Below, in pieces: positions 63,754-64,000 of a DNA stretch of 64,000 bases. The notes beneath the pieces are model-generated. The model was not told where the DNA came from. It saw nothing but the letters and a program-made list of their open reading frames with translations, and made no database searches. The translations under genes and the position numbers were made by a program. The DNA is from Prorocentrum cordatum. Its lineage: Eukaryota. Location of the stretch: the NCBI GenBank assembly GCA_963575745.1, contig CAUYUJ010000159.1, positions 62,001 to 126,000 of the forward strand. Reading direction: 5' to 3'. How positions within the stretch are numbered: the first letter of the stretch is position 1; the number at the start of each line of letters is the position of its first letter.

Positions 63754-63975
63754 CACCGCAACAGCCGTGTGCAACGCAGCGCCTGTGTACACCACAGTGT
63801 TTGCGTGCACCACAACGCCGGTGTACACCACAGCGAATGTGTACACCGCAACAGCCATGTGCAACACAGCGCCTGTCCACACCACGATGCTTACGTGCAC
63901 CGCAGCGCCTGTGCACACCACAGCGCCTGTCTACTCCACAGCATCCGCGTGCAACGCAGCGTTCGTGCACACCTG
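63754..63975 (+). repeat. 18/21-bp GTGTACACCACAGCGCCT satellite, right part
   Basis: About 11 degenerate tandem units. Confidence 0.85.
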
Positions 63976-64000
63976 CGTGCGCATGACAGGTAGAAGAAAC

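Noticed and set aside
57393..63993. Long + strand ORFs antisense to the LINE (also at 28-32 kb and 48-49 kb)
   Set aside because: These are shadow ORFs produced by high GC content opposite real coding frames.

Overview
This is GC-rich, microsatellite-laden eukaryotic DNA, almost certainly a dinoflagellate nuclear genome: a perfect 22-nt dinoflagellate spliced leader (DinoSL) lies at 63732-63753 on the minus strand, and the repeat style is Prorocentrum-like (inference). No intact host gene can be supported. The window is a nest of decayed mobile elements, with six retroelements all on the minus strand: (1) the 5' part of a DIRS/LTR-class RT element at 1-2610; (2) a ~9.7-kb LINE with domain order ORF1-RNase H-APE-RT-Zn finger-C5 DNA methyltransferase at ~3005-12763; (3) a 5'-truncated RT-RNase H LINE at ~27940-32023; (4) an L1/Tx1-like APE-RT LINE at ~33990-37670; (5) a CRE-clade RLE element fragment at ~47210-49380; (6) a full-length APE-RT-RNase H LINE at ~57441-63753. 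It also holds a decayed CMC/EnSpm/Plavaka-like transposase with possible cargo ORFs (+ strand, 13-27 kb), a Upf1-like helicase remnant fused to an RNase III-like motif (42.4-46 kb), MITE-like foldbacks, and a ~102-bp satellite in three arrays. The most notable observation is that all three retroelements that keep their 5' ends begin with a spliced leader (22/22, 18/22 and 17/22 matches). The perfect-SL LINE appears to be the head of a 7.3-kb insertion bounded by a 12-13-bp direct repeat, ending in a satellite, a hairpin and an A-rich tail. All domain calls come from motif reading by eye; no database search was run, and most boundaries are approximate.
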